Positions 49,982 to 58,659 of a stretch of 64,000 bases of DNA are shown piece after piece. Source of the stretch: Cyanobacteria bacterium P01_A01_bin.123 (GTDB lineage: Bacteria > Cyanobacteriota > Cyanobacteriia > Phormidesmidales > Phormidesmidaceae); contig JBCBZT010000017.1 in the NCBI GenBank assembly GCA_039815185.1, forward strand, positions 32,001 through 96,000, read 5' to 3'. The notes under the pieces were generated by a model. It saw only the letters and a program-made list of their open reading frames with translations. It was not told where the DNA came from and did not search any database. Position 1 is the stretch's first letter, and every line of letters starts with the position of its first letter. Position numbers and translations under genes: made by a program.

Positions 49982-50012
49982 CCTCCATTCGATTTGAAAC
50001 CTTGAATTTTAG
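49979..50012 (+). repeat. Dispersed intergenic repeat, family CATCCGATTTGAAAAC (5' part)
   Basis: taacctccattcgatttgaaaccttgaattttag. Confidence 0.55.
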
Positions 50013-50089
50013 AGTGTTGGTCCTAGGGTCTCAAGGCATGGGGCCAACGCTATAAGATATGGGATACAGAGTTTGAATAGGTAATTGCG

Positions 50090-51412
50090 TTGGCTTATCA
50101 GGTGGGCTTACTGGGGTTGGGGACAGTCGGGACAGGCACGGCTCAAATTTTGACTGATGCAGCGGGGCGTTCTCCCTTAATTAGTGAAATTGAGATTGCT
50201 AAGGTAGGGGTTCGTAGCCTCGATAAAAACCGTGAGGTTGAGCTTCCAGCGGAGATGTTCACCACTGATTTAGACAGCATCGTCAGTGATCCAACAATTG
50301 ATCTGGTCGTGGAGCTAATTGGCGGCCTAGAACCGGCGCGATCGCTAATTTTAAGCGCGATCGCCCACGGTAAACATGTCGTCACGGCAAACAAAGCCGT
50401 GATTTCTCGCTTTGGGGATGAGATTTTTACAGCTGCGAATGCGGCTGGTGTTTACGTATTGCTGGAGGCAGCAGTCGGGGGCGGTATTCCGGTGATTCAA
50501 CCCCTGAAACAAGCCTTAGGAGTGAACCGCATTCATGCGGTGACGGGCATCGTCAATGGCACCACCAACTACATTCTGACGCGGATGCAGCGAGAAGGCG
50601 GAGATTTTGCCCCCATCTTGGCTGATGCCCAGCGCTTGGGTTACGCCGAGGCAGACCCGACTGCTGATGTCGATGGATTAGATGCTGCCGACAAAATTGC
50701 GATTTTGGCATCCCTGGCCTTCGGCGGCCGGATTAAGCTCGATCAAGTGCACTGTGAAGGCATTCGCCAGGTGAGTGCGGCAGATATTGACTATGCCGAC
50801 CAATTGGGATTTGTGATCAAGCTATTGGCGATCGCCAAACGCGACACCTGCCCCCGCACCCAAGAGCAGCTTGACCAACTTCAAGTGCGCGTCCACCCTA
50901 CCCTGGTGCCCGCTGAGCATCCTCTGGCGACTGTGAATGATGTGTTTAATGCGATTTTGGTGGAAGGTGATCCCTTGGGGCAGGTGATGTTTTTTGGCCC
51001 CGGTGCTGGTCAGGGGGCCACGGCTAGTGCGGTGGTGTCTGACGTGGTCAATATTGTCGCCACCCTCAAAGCCAATGCCGGCAATCCTCAACCCGGCGAA
51101 ACCCTAAATCCGCTATTGGCTTGCTCCCACCAGCACTATTGCACCATTAGCCCAATGGCCGATTTAATTAGTCGCTTTTATGTGCGCATCATTGCCAAAG
51201 ACATGCCAGGGGTGATTGGTAACTTGGGGACTTGCTTCGGTCAGCATGATGTCAGCATCGAGTCAGTGGTGCAAATCGATCGCCAGCAGCAGATGGCTGA
51301 AATCGTAGTGGTGACCCACGAGGTGCAAGAGGGCAACTTCCAGAACGCCTTAGCTGAAATTCGCACGTTTACAGACATCGACAGCATTCCCAGTTTGTTG
51401 AGGGTGCTTTAA
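50090..51412 (+). CDS. hom: Homoserine dehydrogenase with ACT domain
   Basis: GLGTVG, VTANK, EAAVGGGIP, NGTTNYIL, GYAEADP, GPGAG. Confidence 0.95.
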   Translation: MAYQVGLLGLGTVGTGTAQILTDAAGRSPLISEIEIAKVGVRSLDKNREVELPAEMFTTDLDSIVSDPTIDLVVELIGGLEPARSLILSAIAHGKHVVTANKAVISRFGDEIFTAANAAGVYVLLEAAVGGGIPVIQPLKQALGVNRIHAVTGIVNGTTNYILTRMQREGGDFAPILADAQRLGYAEADPTADVDGLDAADKIAILASLAFGGRIKLDQVHCEGIRQVSAADIDYADQLGFVIKLLAIAKRDTCPRTQEQLDQLQVRVHPTLVPAEHPLATVNDVFNAILVEGDPLGQVMFFGPGAGQGATASAVVSDVVNIVATLKANAGNPQPGETLNPLLACSHQHYCTISPMADLISRFYVRIIAKDMPGVIGNLGTCFGQHDVSIESVVQIDRQQQMAEIVVVTHEVQEGNFQNALAEIRTFTDIDSIPSLLRVL

Positions 51413-51501
51413 GCGGAATCACAGGTGTGCCAATATAGGGATAACTGTAAAACTGTCCTATAGGGTTGACCTCACTTTTTCGCACACTGTATTCTTAGTT
51501 C

Positions 51502-51568
51502 AGGTGTGAGGAGCGAACAAGGAGCTCTGGGAGTCGAAACAAGGCAAGACGTCCCAGAGCTTTCTTAA
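51502..51568 (+). ncRNA. Yfr2-like cyanobacterial small RNA
   Basis: TATTCT -10 box at 51490-51495; 5' GTGTGAGGAG; stem agctctggga-gtc/gac-g-tcccagagct with loop GAAACAAGGCAA; T-rich tail. Confidence 0.7.
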
Positions 51569-51645
51569 TCTCAATTTTCTGTGGTCTTAGCGCTTCACCC
51601 AAAGAATTGCGATTGCATACGGCTTAATCGGCTGCTCGTTTGGAC

Positions 51646-52206
51646 TTATGCTGACCGTCTGTTTGGATTGACCCAGGTTTTTTGCTGTAGGCCATGCATA
51701 TGGTGAAACAGCTTCCAGCAGTATTGTTCAGGTAACCCACAGGTTAGTGCTCCTCGTAGGACGACGTTAAAGTACCAATCGTTGGGAGCAATTTCTTGGT
51801 TCAGTTTTTCCATTACGGTGTAGGTGCGGGTATGGTTGTACCGTTGCCCATTGCACACCACACTCACCTGCTCGCGGGAATAGCCTTCTTCTCGCTGATC
51901 GAGGGGATTGCTGAGTCGCCAAGGTAGGGCATAGAGGACGCCTTGTACCTGAGCAGTGGAGTCTTTAACCACGTCTAGGACGCCGCAGTTGCGCCGCTGA
52001 GAGCGACGGTAAAACCCGAGTCGATAGCCTTTTAGGGTGGCGGGGCCAACCACATAGGCATGGGTCTGTTCACCCAGGGATCGCTTTAAATCGACTGGGC
52101 ACATGCAAGACCCGTAGGCAAAGTAGTAAAACGTGGTTTCTAATGCCGTGGTGTGATGTACGGATACGCCTGGGGGGAGTTCTGAGCCAGAGGATTTTAA
52201 CGCCAT
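51646..52206 (-). CDS. Gamma-glutamylcyclotransferase (GGCT/AIG2-like)
   Basis: YYFAYGSCM, VQGVLY, LDQREEGY. Confidence 0.85.
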   Translation of the reverse strand: MALKSSGSELPPGVSVHHTTALETTFYYFAYGSCMCPVDLKRSLGEQTHAYVVGPATLKGYRLGFYRRSQRRNCGVLDVVKDSTAQVQGVLYALPWRLSNPLDQREEGYSREQVSVVCNGQRYNHTRTYTVMEKLNQEIAPNDWYFNVVLRGALTCGLPEQYCWKLFHHMHGLQQKTWVNPNRRSA

Positions 52207-52389
52207 GGGGAACTAGGAAAAAGTAATGCAGATTGTGCTGAATTCTAACAGAAATCCAAAGCTTGTTTTTGTAAACTACACTATCCCGATGGGTAAACCG
52301 GAGATTGTTTACACAGTGCAACGGTTGATAGCTTGGTGGTGGTTGTTATGAGTAAACAGTCCCATTTGAAGTGCCTCAAATGGGACGTC

Positions 52390-53175
52390 TCAAAAAGGAC
52401 TATGCTGTTGCCAAAAGGCATCAAATTTTTGGGGTTGAAGCATTCTCCAGGCGACCAAACCTGCCACACTCAGCGTGAACACGACAAGGACGAGGGAAAT
52501 CAGTTGAGCAGCTATAGGTTGGCGCGATCGCGATCGCCCAGTCATTCCCTTAGTCTTAGGGCTCTTAGTCTTAGGGATTGAAGAGAGTGATGGCTTTGGA
52601 GCGGTTGCCTGATGAGGACTCTCAATTGGCTGAATTGTCGCAGGCGATCGCGGGGTTGAGCGGGCTGCCGTTTGGGTCTGAGCCCGGCTTAGCATTTGAG
52701 TGATGCGATCAGGGCGTTGTCCACTCAAGCTCCACTGTTTCAAGCCGGGATAGGGAATGCCGCAGAGATTACTGGCCTCAAGCACCTTGAGCTTTTGAAT
52801 CAGTGGTGGTGTATTCGAAATCAGGACTACGCCGCTATGGGGCTCTGCCCGAGTTAGGCCATAGACAGACTCCAAGATTGCGATTGTCTGCCGGGCTCGC
52901 TTGCTCAACCCTTGGCCGTCTGCAGGTTTCAGGGCAGGATGGGATTTGGGGTTGTCGTAGGTTTGCCAACCGCTAGTGGGGAAAAACCGAAAAAATTCCC
53001 TGGCTATGGTTTCTTGCGCTGGCTCGGGGGCACGATTGCAGAGGAATCGCAATTCTTCAAACACCACCTTGGGTAAGTGACAAGTACCAAGCTTGCCAAA
53101 CCGCTGCCATTCGCGAGTAGTCCCGGCCAACACTGCAGGGGTATCGAAGACAAGCAGCAGGATGGTTGGAGCCAT
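52390..53175 (-). CDS. PIN-like domain protein with C-terminal membrane anchor
   Basis: LLVFDT..LAG, LPKVVFEEL, AREFFRF; C-terminal TM. Confidence 0.65.
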   Translation of the reverse strand: MAPTILLLVFDTPAVLAGTTREWQRFGKLGTCHLPKVVFEELRFLCNRAPEPAQETIAREFFRFFPTSGWQTYDNPKSHPALKPADGQGLSKRARQTIAILESVYGLTRAEPHSGVVLISNTPPLIQKLKVLEASNLCGIPYPGLKQWSLSGQRPDRITQMLSRAQTQTAARSTPRSPATIQPIESPHQATAPKPSLSSIPKTKSPKTKGMTGRSRSRQPIAAQLISLVLVVFTLSVAGLVAWRMLQPQKFDAFWQQHSPF

Positions 53176-53236
53176 GGTTCAAGATCCTTGGGTAGTTTGC
53201 CTGCCGTTGCCCGAAAAATCCGGGGGTAAAGGTGCT

Positions 53237-54748
53237 CTACATGGCAACAGCCCCAATGCCGAGCCGCCCAGCTAGGCTGGGAGTCAGGGGCAGCAATGTC
53301 ACCAGCATCAAAAACAAGGCCAGCAGGGCTAGGGCAGCGCGGGCGTCGTCGGGTTCGGTCAGTTCATTGAGACCAGGGCGTTCTAAGTTGCGCTGCAAAA
53401 ACAAAATCAGCACTGCCCAATACAGCGCCAGGGGATTGACTAAAGAGGCGATCGCCAAAACAATGATGGTCACGACTGTAGCCCGTCCGGCAATTTTGCG
53501 ACCGTAGATGGCCTGCACCACACGGCCGCCATCCAGTTGGCCCGCTGGCATCAAGTTAATTGCTGTAATCACCAACCCCAGCCAGCCAATCACCATCAGC
53601 GGATGAACGTCCACTATCGCTTCTTGTAAGGCTGATCCCAAGACTACGCGAGCTAAGGAGCCTACCAAGACGGACCCCTGAAAAAACTCCGTTGGCAATT
53701 GAAAATAACTGCCCGGATGGGATAATACCAATCCCAACAGCAGCATCACTAAAGACAGTCCACCCCCTGCTGCTGGGCCTGCAAAAGACACATCAAACAG
53801 CACTGTGCGATTGGGCATGAGTGACTCAAATCGGGTCAACCCGCCAAAGGAGCCAATTTGCCAAGTGGGTAAGAAAAAGGGTGGACTCAGTTTGATTTTG
53901 TACTGTTGGGCCTTTACCCAGTGACCAATTTCGTGGGCAATCAACACCGCCCATATCCCCAAGGCCACGGGCAACACCTCAGCCAATCGCTGGGGTTGTT
54001 CCAAAAAGTCAAATCCCATCAAAATACCGCTGGCTTCCAAGCTGGTGGCCAGGGTTGCAATTCCCATGACAACAGCCAAAATTTTCTGGGCGGTGGTAGT
54101 GGGTTGGGGATCGTTACTGCTGGGTAAAACCACCACCACCGGACGATTCTCGGGTCCTTCGATCAGGAACAACCGATAGCGCTCCGCCAAACGATCTTCT
54201 AATAGTTGGGTTAGTTTGATCTGGGTTTCTTGGGGGTCGCCCCGCAGATTTCCCTTAAAAATCGCCCCCTGCTGGTAGGGAATAGTTTCTGTCCGAAAGA
54301 ACGTGTCAATGCCAAAGATGCCTTCTGCCGCTATTAGATCGTCTGGGGGAATGGGAATCAGCTCTGGATCGGTTGCGTCTGGTTGGGGGGACAGTTCCCC
54401 GGCAGTGTCGCCAATCGCTGTATTTGTATTTTCTGCCGCTGCGGTTTCCCCAGAGTGTTGATTAGCCAGGGCTGCTGCTCGCTGAGTCGTGAGTTCGTCC
54501 TTGCCCAGGACGCGTAATCGCCGTCCTAGATAGATGTACAACCCCGTCGACAAAATCACCATCAACAGCACACCAGCTAGATTGAGGTAAATACCAGCCG
54601 CAAATAGGCCAAAAAACAATAGCCAGGGTGCCATCAACACCACAGACTGCAACCAAGCAAAAATGCCAAGCTTGCCGTAGGGTTTGGCCCGATAAAAGCC
54701 CCAAGCCAAAATGCCAAAGGCTGCTAGCAAAATTAGGAGAGTGATCAT
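53237..54748 (-). CDS. Site-2 protease (M50, EGY-like)
   Basis: HEIGH, AGPAAG, NLMPAGQLDGG. Confidence 0.92.
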   Translation of the reverse strand: MITLLILLAAFGILAWGFYRAKPYGKLGIFAWLQSVVLMAPWLLFFGLFAAGIYLNLAGVLLMVILSTGLYIYLGRRLRVLGKDELTTQRAAALANQHSGETAAAENTNTAIGDTAGELSPQPDATDPELIPIPPDDLIAAEGIFGIDTFFRTETIPYQQGAIFKGNLRGDPQETQIKLTQLLEDRLAERYRLFLIEGPENRPVVVVLPSSNDPQPTTTAQKILAVVMGIATLATSLEASGILMGFDFLEQPQRLAEVLPVALGIWAVLIAHEIGHWVKAQQYKIKLSPPFFLPTWQIGSFGGLTRFESLMPNRTVLFDVSFAGPAAGGGLSLVMLLLGLVLSHPGSYFQLPTEFFQGSVLVGSLARVVLGSALQEAIVDVHPLMVIGWLGLVITAINLMPAGQLDGGRVVQAIYGRKIAGRATVVTIIVLAIASLVNPLALYWAVLILFLQRNLERPGLNELTEPDDARAALALLALFLMLVTLLPLTPSLAGRLGIGAVAM

Positions 54749-55030
54749 GATGTAAACAAGGGACTCACACGCGGGAGAAAAATCGCCGTGACTAGCCAAT
54801 AAACCACATCTGCTCTAGCGCCTTGAGTAAAGTGGGTCAAGGCCTTGACCCCTAAAAACGAAAACAACGGATTTGGATGTGGTCAAGGTTTAATCAGGCT
54901 ATTGTTTATTCAGTTTAGAAGCACATTGGACTCCCTGCACTTTCTAAATAACTGCGATTGGCCTGTCCTTGGGCTGATGTAGGTTTGGCTGGGAGTCGTT
55001 ACTATCAAGCCAGGGGATTTTGGAGAGACT

Positions 55031-56677
55031 ATGCTCGCTTCTTCTAATATGTCCCGCCAGGGCGAAATCATTGAGGTTGTGTTCCGCAACGGCTGGGACT
55101 ACATGCGGCAGTTGCTCAGCGGCAGCAAAACCGATGAACCTGAGTTACCGCCGCCGGCAGTGCTGTGCAATATCTTGATCGAGTTAGGGCCAGTATACGT
55201 AAAGCTAGGGCAGTTGCTCAGTACCCGCCCCGATTTATTGCCAACCAGTTACATCGAAGCGCTGAGTTCGCTTCAGTCTACGGTGCCAGCTATCCCTGCC
55301 TCAGAGATGGAGGGGTTTATTCGCCGGCAGTTACCCCGCCCCCCGGAGGAGATTTTTGCAACGTTAGACTATACCGCGATCGCGGCGGGCTCCATCGGCC
55401 AAACTCACCGTGCCACGCTCAAAGATGGTCGGGCCGTTGCCCTCAAAGCGCAGCGCCCAGGCATCGAACACCAGGTCGAGCGCGATATGGCCTTGATCCG
55501 TGATGTGGCCAAGTTGGTCTCAACGACACAGTTTGGGCAGCGCTATAACGTGTTGTCCTTAGCCGATGAATTTGCCGAAGCCCTAAGTAATGAACTGGAC
55601 TTTACCCAGGAAGCCACCTACACCGATCAACTACGGCTAAGTTTGAGCCGCACGAACTGGTATGACCCCAAGCGTCTAGTTGTCCCTCAGATCTATTGGG
55701 AACTGACCAGTCCTAAATTGATGGTGATGGAGTGGCTCAACGGTAAGCCAATACTGAAGGCTGCGATCGCCCAAGCAGAAACCTCCAGTGCCAAAACCCA
55801 ACGGCAAGCCATCACCACCCTGCTGTTTCGCGCTTTTTTCAAGCAATATTTCATCGACGGATTTTTCCATGCCGATCCTCACCCCGGCAATATTTTCTAT
55901 CTCGACGATGGTCGTGTTGCCCTACTCGATTGCGGTATGGTCGGTCGCCTCGATCCCCGCACCCGCGCCACGATGACCGATATGGTCTTGGCGATATTTA
56001 GCTGTGATGCCGAACGCTGTACCCAGCTTACGATGCAACTGGCTGAACCCCTCCAACCGGTTAACCTAACGAGCTTAAAAAACGACTACGATCGCTTACT
56101 GACCCGCTACTACGGCCTCGACCTTGAAAAAATCAGTACAGCCGAAGTGTTCGGTGAACTGCTCGGAGCTGGGGTCAACAACCATCTTCGTTGGCCCGCA
56201 AACATTGGCCTATTCACCAAGTCCATTGCTAATCTGGAAGGCGCAGCCCGTCAGTTTGAACCCAAAATAAATTTGATGGCTGAAGTCCAGCCACTGATGC
56301 CCGATCTGCTCCGCCATCAGTTGATTGGGGATGATCCACTGCGTACTTTGCTGCGTACGGGCCTAGAATTTCGCAACTTGACTGTGGATTCCCCGCGCCA
56401 GTTTGGATTTATACTCGATCGCCTGAGCGAAGAAACCCTAAAGTGGAACCTCAACATCCAGGGGGTAGACGGCCTCCGCAGCAGCATTGACAGAGCAGCC
56501 AATCGACGCTCATTTAGCACTGTGGTGGCTGCCTTGATTATTGGGGCAGCTGTTATTTCAACCGGGCAGCAATCGACCCAACTCCAATGGTTGAGTAATG
56601 GCCTGTTTGCAGCCGCTACGCTTCTAGGACTGTGGCTAGTGATCAGTATTTTGCGTAGCGGCAATCTGCGCAGTTAA
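55031..56677 (+). CDS. ABC1/AarF/UbiB family atypical kinase
   Basis: ELGPVYVKLGQLLSTRPDL, AAGSIGQ, FHADPHPGN, LDCGMVG. Confidence 0.93.
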   Translation: MLASSNMSRQGEIIEVVFRNGWDYMRQLLSGSKTDEPELPPPAVLCNILIELGPVYVKLGQLLSTRPDLLPTSYIEALSSLQSTVPAIPASEMEGFIRRQLPRPPEEIFATLDYTAIAAGSIGQTHRATLKDGRAVALKAQRPGIEHQVERDMALIRDVAKLVSTTQFGQRYNVLSLADEFAEALSNELDFTQEATYTDQLRLSLSRTNWYDPKRLVVPQIYWELTSPKLMVMEWLNGKPILKAAIAQAETSSAKTQRQAITTLLFRAFFKQYFIDGFFHADPHPGNIFYLDDGRVALLDCGMVGRLDPRTRATMTDMVLAIFSCDAERCTQLTMQLAEPLQPVNLTSLKNDYDRLLTRYYGLDLEKISTAEVFGELLGAGVNNHLRWPANIGLFTKSIANLEGAARQFEPKINLMAEVQPLMPDLLRHQLIGDDPLRTLLRTGLEFRNLTVDSPRQFGFILDRLSEETLKWNLNIQGVDGLRSSIDRAANRRSFSTVVAALIIGAAVISTGQQSTQLQWLSNGLFAAATLLGLWLVISILRSGNLRS

Positions 56678-56747
56678 TCTGCTTAGAGATAAAGCACCTT
56701 CATGCTGCAATAGTGAAGATCCCTTACAGCTCAATCGACCCTGCTTC

Positions 56748-58418
56748 TTAGGCTTTGCGATCTGTCTGATTGTCTGCCTGATTTAAGACGAGCAAGTCGT
56801 TAGCGGCTTCCACCACCACCACCGGTAATGGACTGGTTGCCAAGACAGCTTGAGAAACGGACCCCACGATTACCTCATCCAGGGGGCGATGGCCGCGTTT
56901 ACCGATGACAATTTCACTAACGCCGTGCGCTTGGGCTGTCCGCACAATTGCTTCCGGCACCGATCCATCGGCGGTAATAACCCGATGGCGAATGTCAGCC
57001 AGGAGTTGCTTGGCCCGGTTGCGCAGCCGTCCCAACGCGGTGGGATCATCGACCCGAATAACATGCAGCACGACCACTTCAGCATCACTGCGACGAGCGA
57101 GGTCGGCAGCTTTGGTCAGTACCTGAGTGGCTAGCGGAGAGGTATCCACTGCCGCCAGCAAGATAACGCGATGGGAAACGGCGACTTTGGTCGGATCTAC
57201 CTCACCGCGCTCCAGCAATTTGGGGGCAAATGTGGGAATTGCCCAGGCCCCCAACGGGGCAGTTACCAGAATGGATAGAGCAGCCAGCGCCAGAATCGTT
57301 TCTCCGCCGTCGATACCCTGGGCCAGAGGAACTGCCCCAATCGCAGCTTGTACTGTAGCTTTCGCCGAATTGCCCGACAGCAGAAACAGCCGCTCTTTCC
57401 AGTTCCAATTACTCCCTAGGGTAGACAGATACCACCCCAGCGATCGCCCGACTAGCGTCCCGATCGCTAGCACCAGCAAGCCGACCAGTAAGGTATTGCC
57501 GAGAACATCCAGTTGAATACTGGCCCCCAGCAGCACAAACAGAATGATCTCGGCAATCACCCAAAGGCTATCAAAACCACCGCGCAATCGCCGCGCTAGG
57601 GGGGTATCCAGCTCAATCAGAAAAAATCCAGTGGCCATCACCGCTAAATAGCCAGAGAACACCGGAAAATCATCTGCCAAGACCACTAGTAAGAGGGCAA
57701 AGCCCGCTGCCACTAAGGCATCCTGAACCGCATTTTGAGTCCAGTTTTGCTTTGCCAATAGCAATACCAGCATACGAGCTGTGACCCAGCCCAATAGCAC
57801 CCCCAAAGCAATTTGGGTGATGATCTGAAACGGTAACAGTTGGATTGGGCTGAGGGTAAGACCACCTGGGAGGGACATGCCGATTGACGCATGTTGAGAC
57901 AGAAACGCCAACAACAAGCTAAACACCAGCAGCAGCAGTACATCAGAGAGGGCACTGCCGGTCAAAATAGCATCCGGGATGCCTTTTTTGACCCCCCATC
58001 CCAGGCTTTTCAGCCGCAGCATTCCTGGTACGATCACCGCTGGCGATTCGGCTCCAATCAGACAACCCAACAACAGCCCGGTAGCTACATCAAACTGGAA
58101 CAGCCACATCGCCGCCAGGGTAATGGCGATCGCTTCACAGGTCGCTGGCAAAAATCCTAACCGTAGGGCCACCGATCCTTGCTGAGCCAGTTTTTCTCGG
58201 TCTAGCCCCAATCCTGCTTTCATCAAAATCACCATCACGGCAATGGTGCGCAGAGAATCTGATGCTCCCAAAACCGCTGGGCTAATGACGTTGCCCACCT
58301 GAGGGCCAATCACGATACCCACGAGCACCATGCCCACCAACCCAGGCGCTTTTAGCCGTCGAGCGATCTGCCCGACGAAAAAGCCCATCAGTAAAATCCA
58401 GATAATGCTTGCTAACAT
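56748..58418 (-). CDS. Cation:proton antiporter fused to a universal stress protein domain
   Basis: Multi-TM with AESPAVIVPGM and KATVQAAIG; C-terminal ILLAAVDTS...IVIGKRGH...GSVSQAVL. Confidence 0.9.
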   Translation of the reverse strand: MLASIIWILLMGFFVGQIARRLKAPGLVGMVLVGIVIGPQVGNVISPAVLGASDSLRTIAVMVILMKAGLGLDREKLAQQGSVALRLGFLPATCEAIAITLAAMWLFQFDVATGLLLGCLIGAESPAVIVPGMLRLKSLGWGVKKGIPDAILTGSALSDVLLLLVFSLLLAFLSQHASIGMSLPGGLTLSPIQLLPFQIITQIALGVLLGWVTARMLVLLLAKQNWTQNAVQDALVAAGFALLLVVLADDFPVFSGYLAVMATGFFLIELDTPLARRLRGGFDSLWVIAEIILFVLLGASIQLDVLGNTLLVGLLVLAIGTLVGRSLGWYLSTLGSNWNWKERLFLLSGNSAKATVQAAIGAVPLAQGIDGGETILALAALSILVTAPLGAWAIPTFAPKLLERGEVDPTKVAVSHRVILLAAVDTSPLATQVLTKAADLARRSDAEVVVLHVIRVDDPTALGRLRNRAKQLLADIRHRVITADGSVPEAIVRTAQAHGVSEIVIGKRGHRPLDEVIVGSVSQAVLATSPLPVVVVEAANDLLVLNQADNQTDRKA

Positions 58419-58659
58419 TACGCCACGTTGAGGTTATAGCGCTTCCCTGTTGGCTAAGGGACGAGTTTCAGGGCGAAAGGCTTTCGCCTTACAGCACTGT
58501 ATACCCCATGCCAATGGCGTGGCTATAAATCGGTGAACCAACGTGGCTTGCAGCAGAGAGACTTGCTTGAGACGACTATAGCCCTACCCGTTCACCGCAG
58601 GATAGGGTAACCCGTACGAACACCTTAAAGCGTTACCGGATGAAGCATTAAGCCGGACA

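Noticed and set aside
4776..50012. CATCCGATTTGAAAAC repeats as a CRISPR array
   Set aside because: Copies are kilobases apart and degenerate, with no regular spacers and no cas genes
58560..58620. c-di-AMP (ydaO) riboswitch
   Set aside because: Only ATCC..GAACGGG resembles it; the GGGGAACC and 3' CCCG.CAGCTAAC elements are absent
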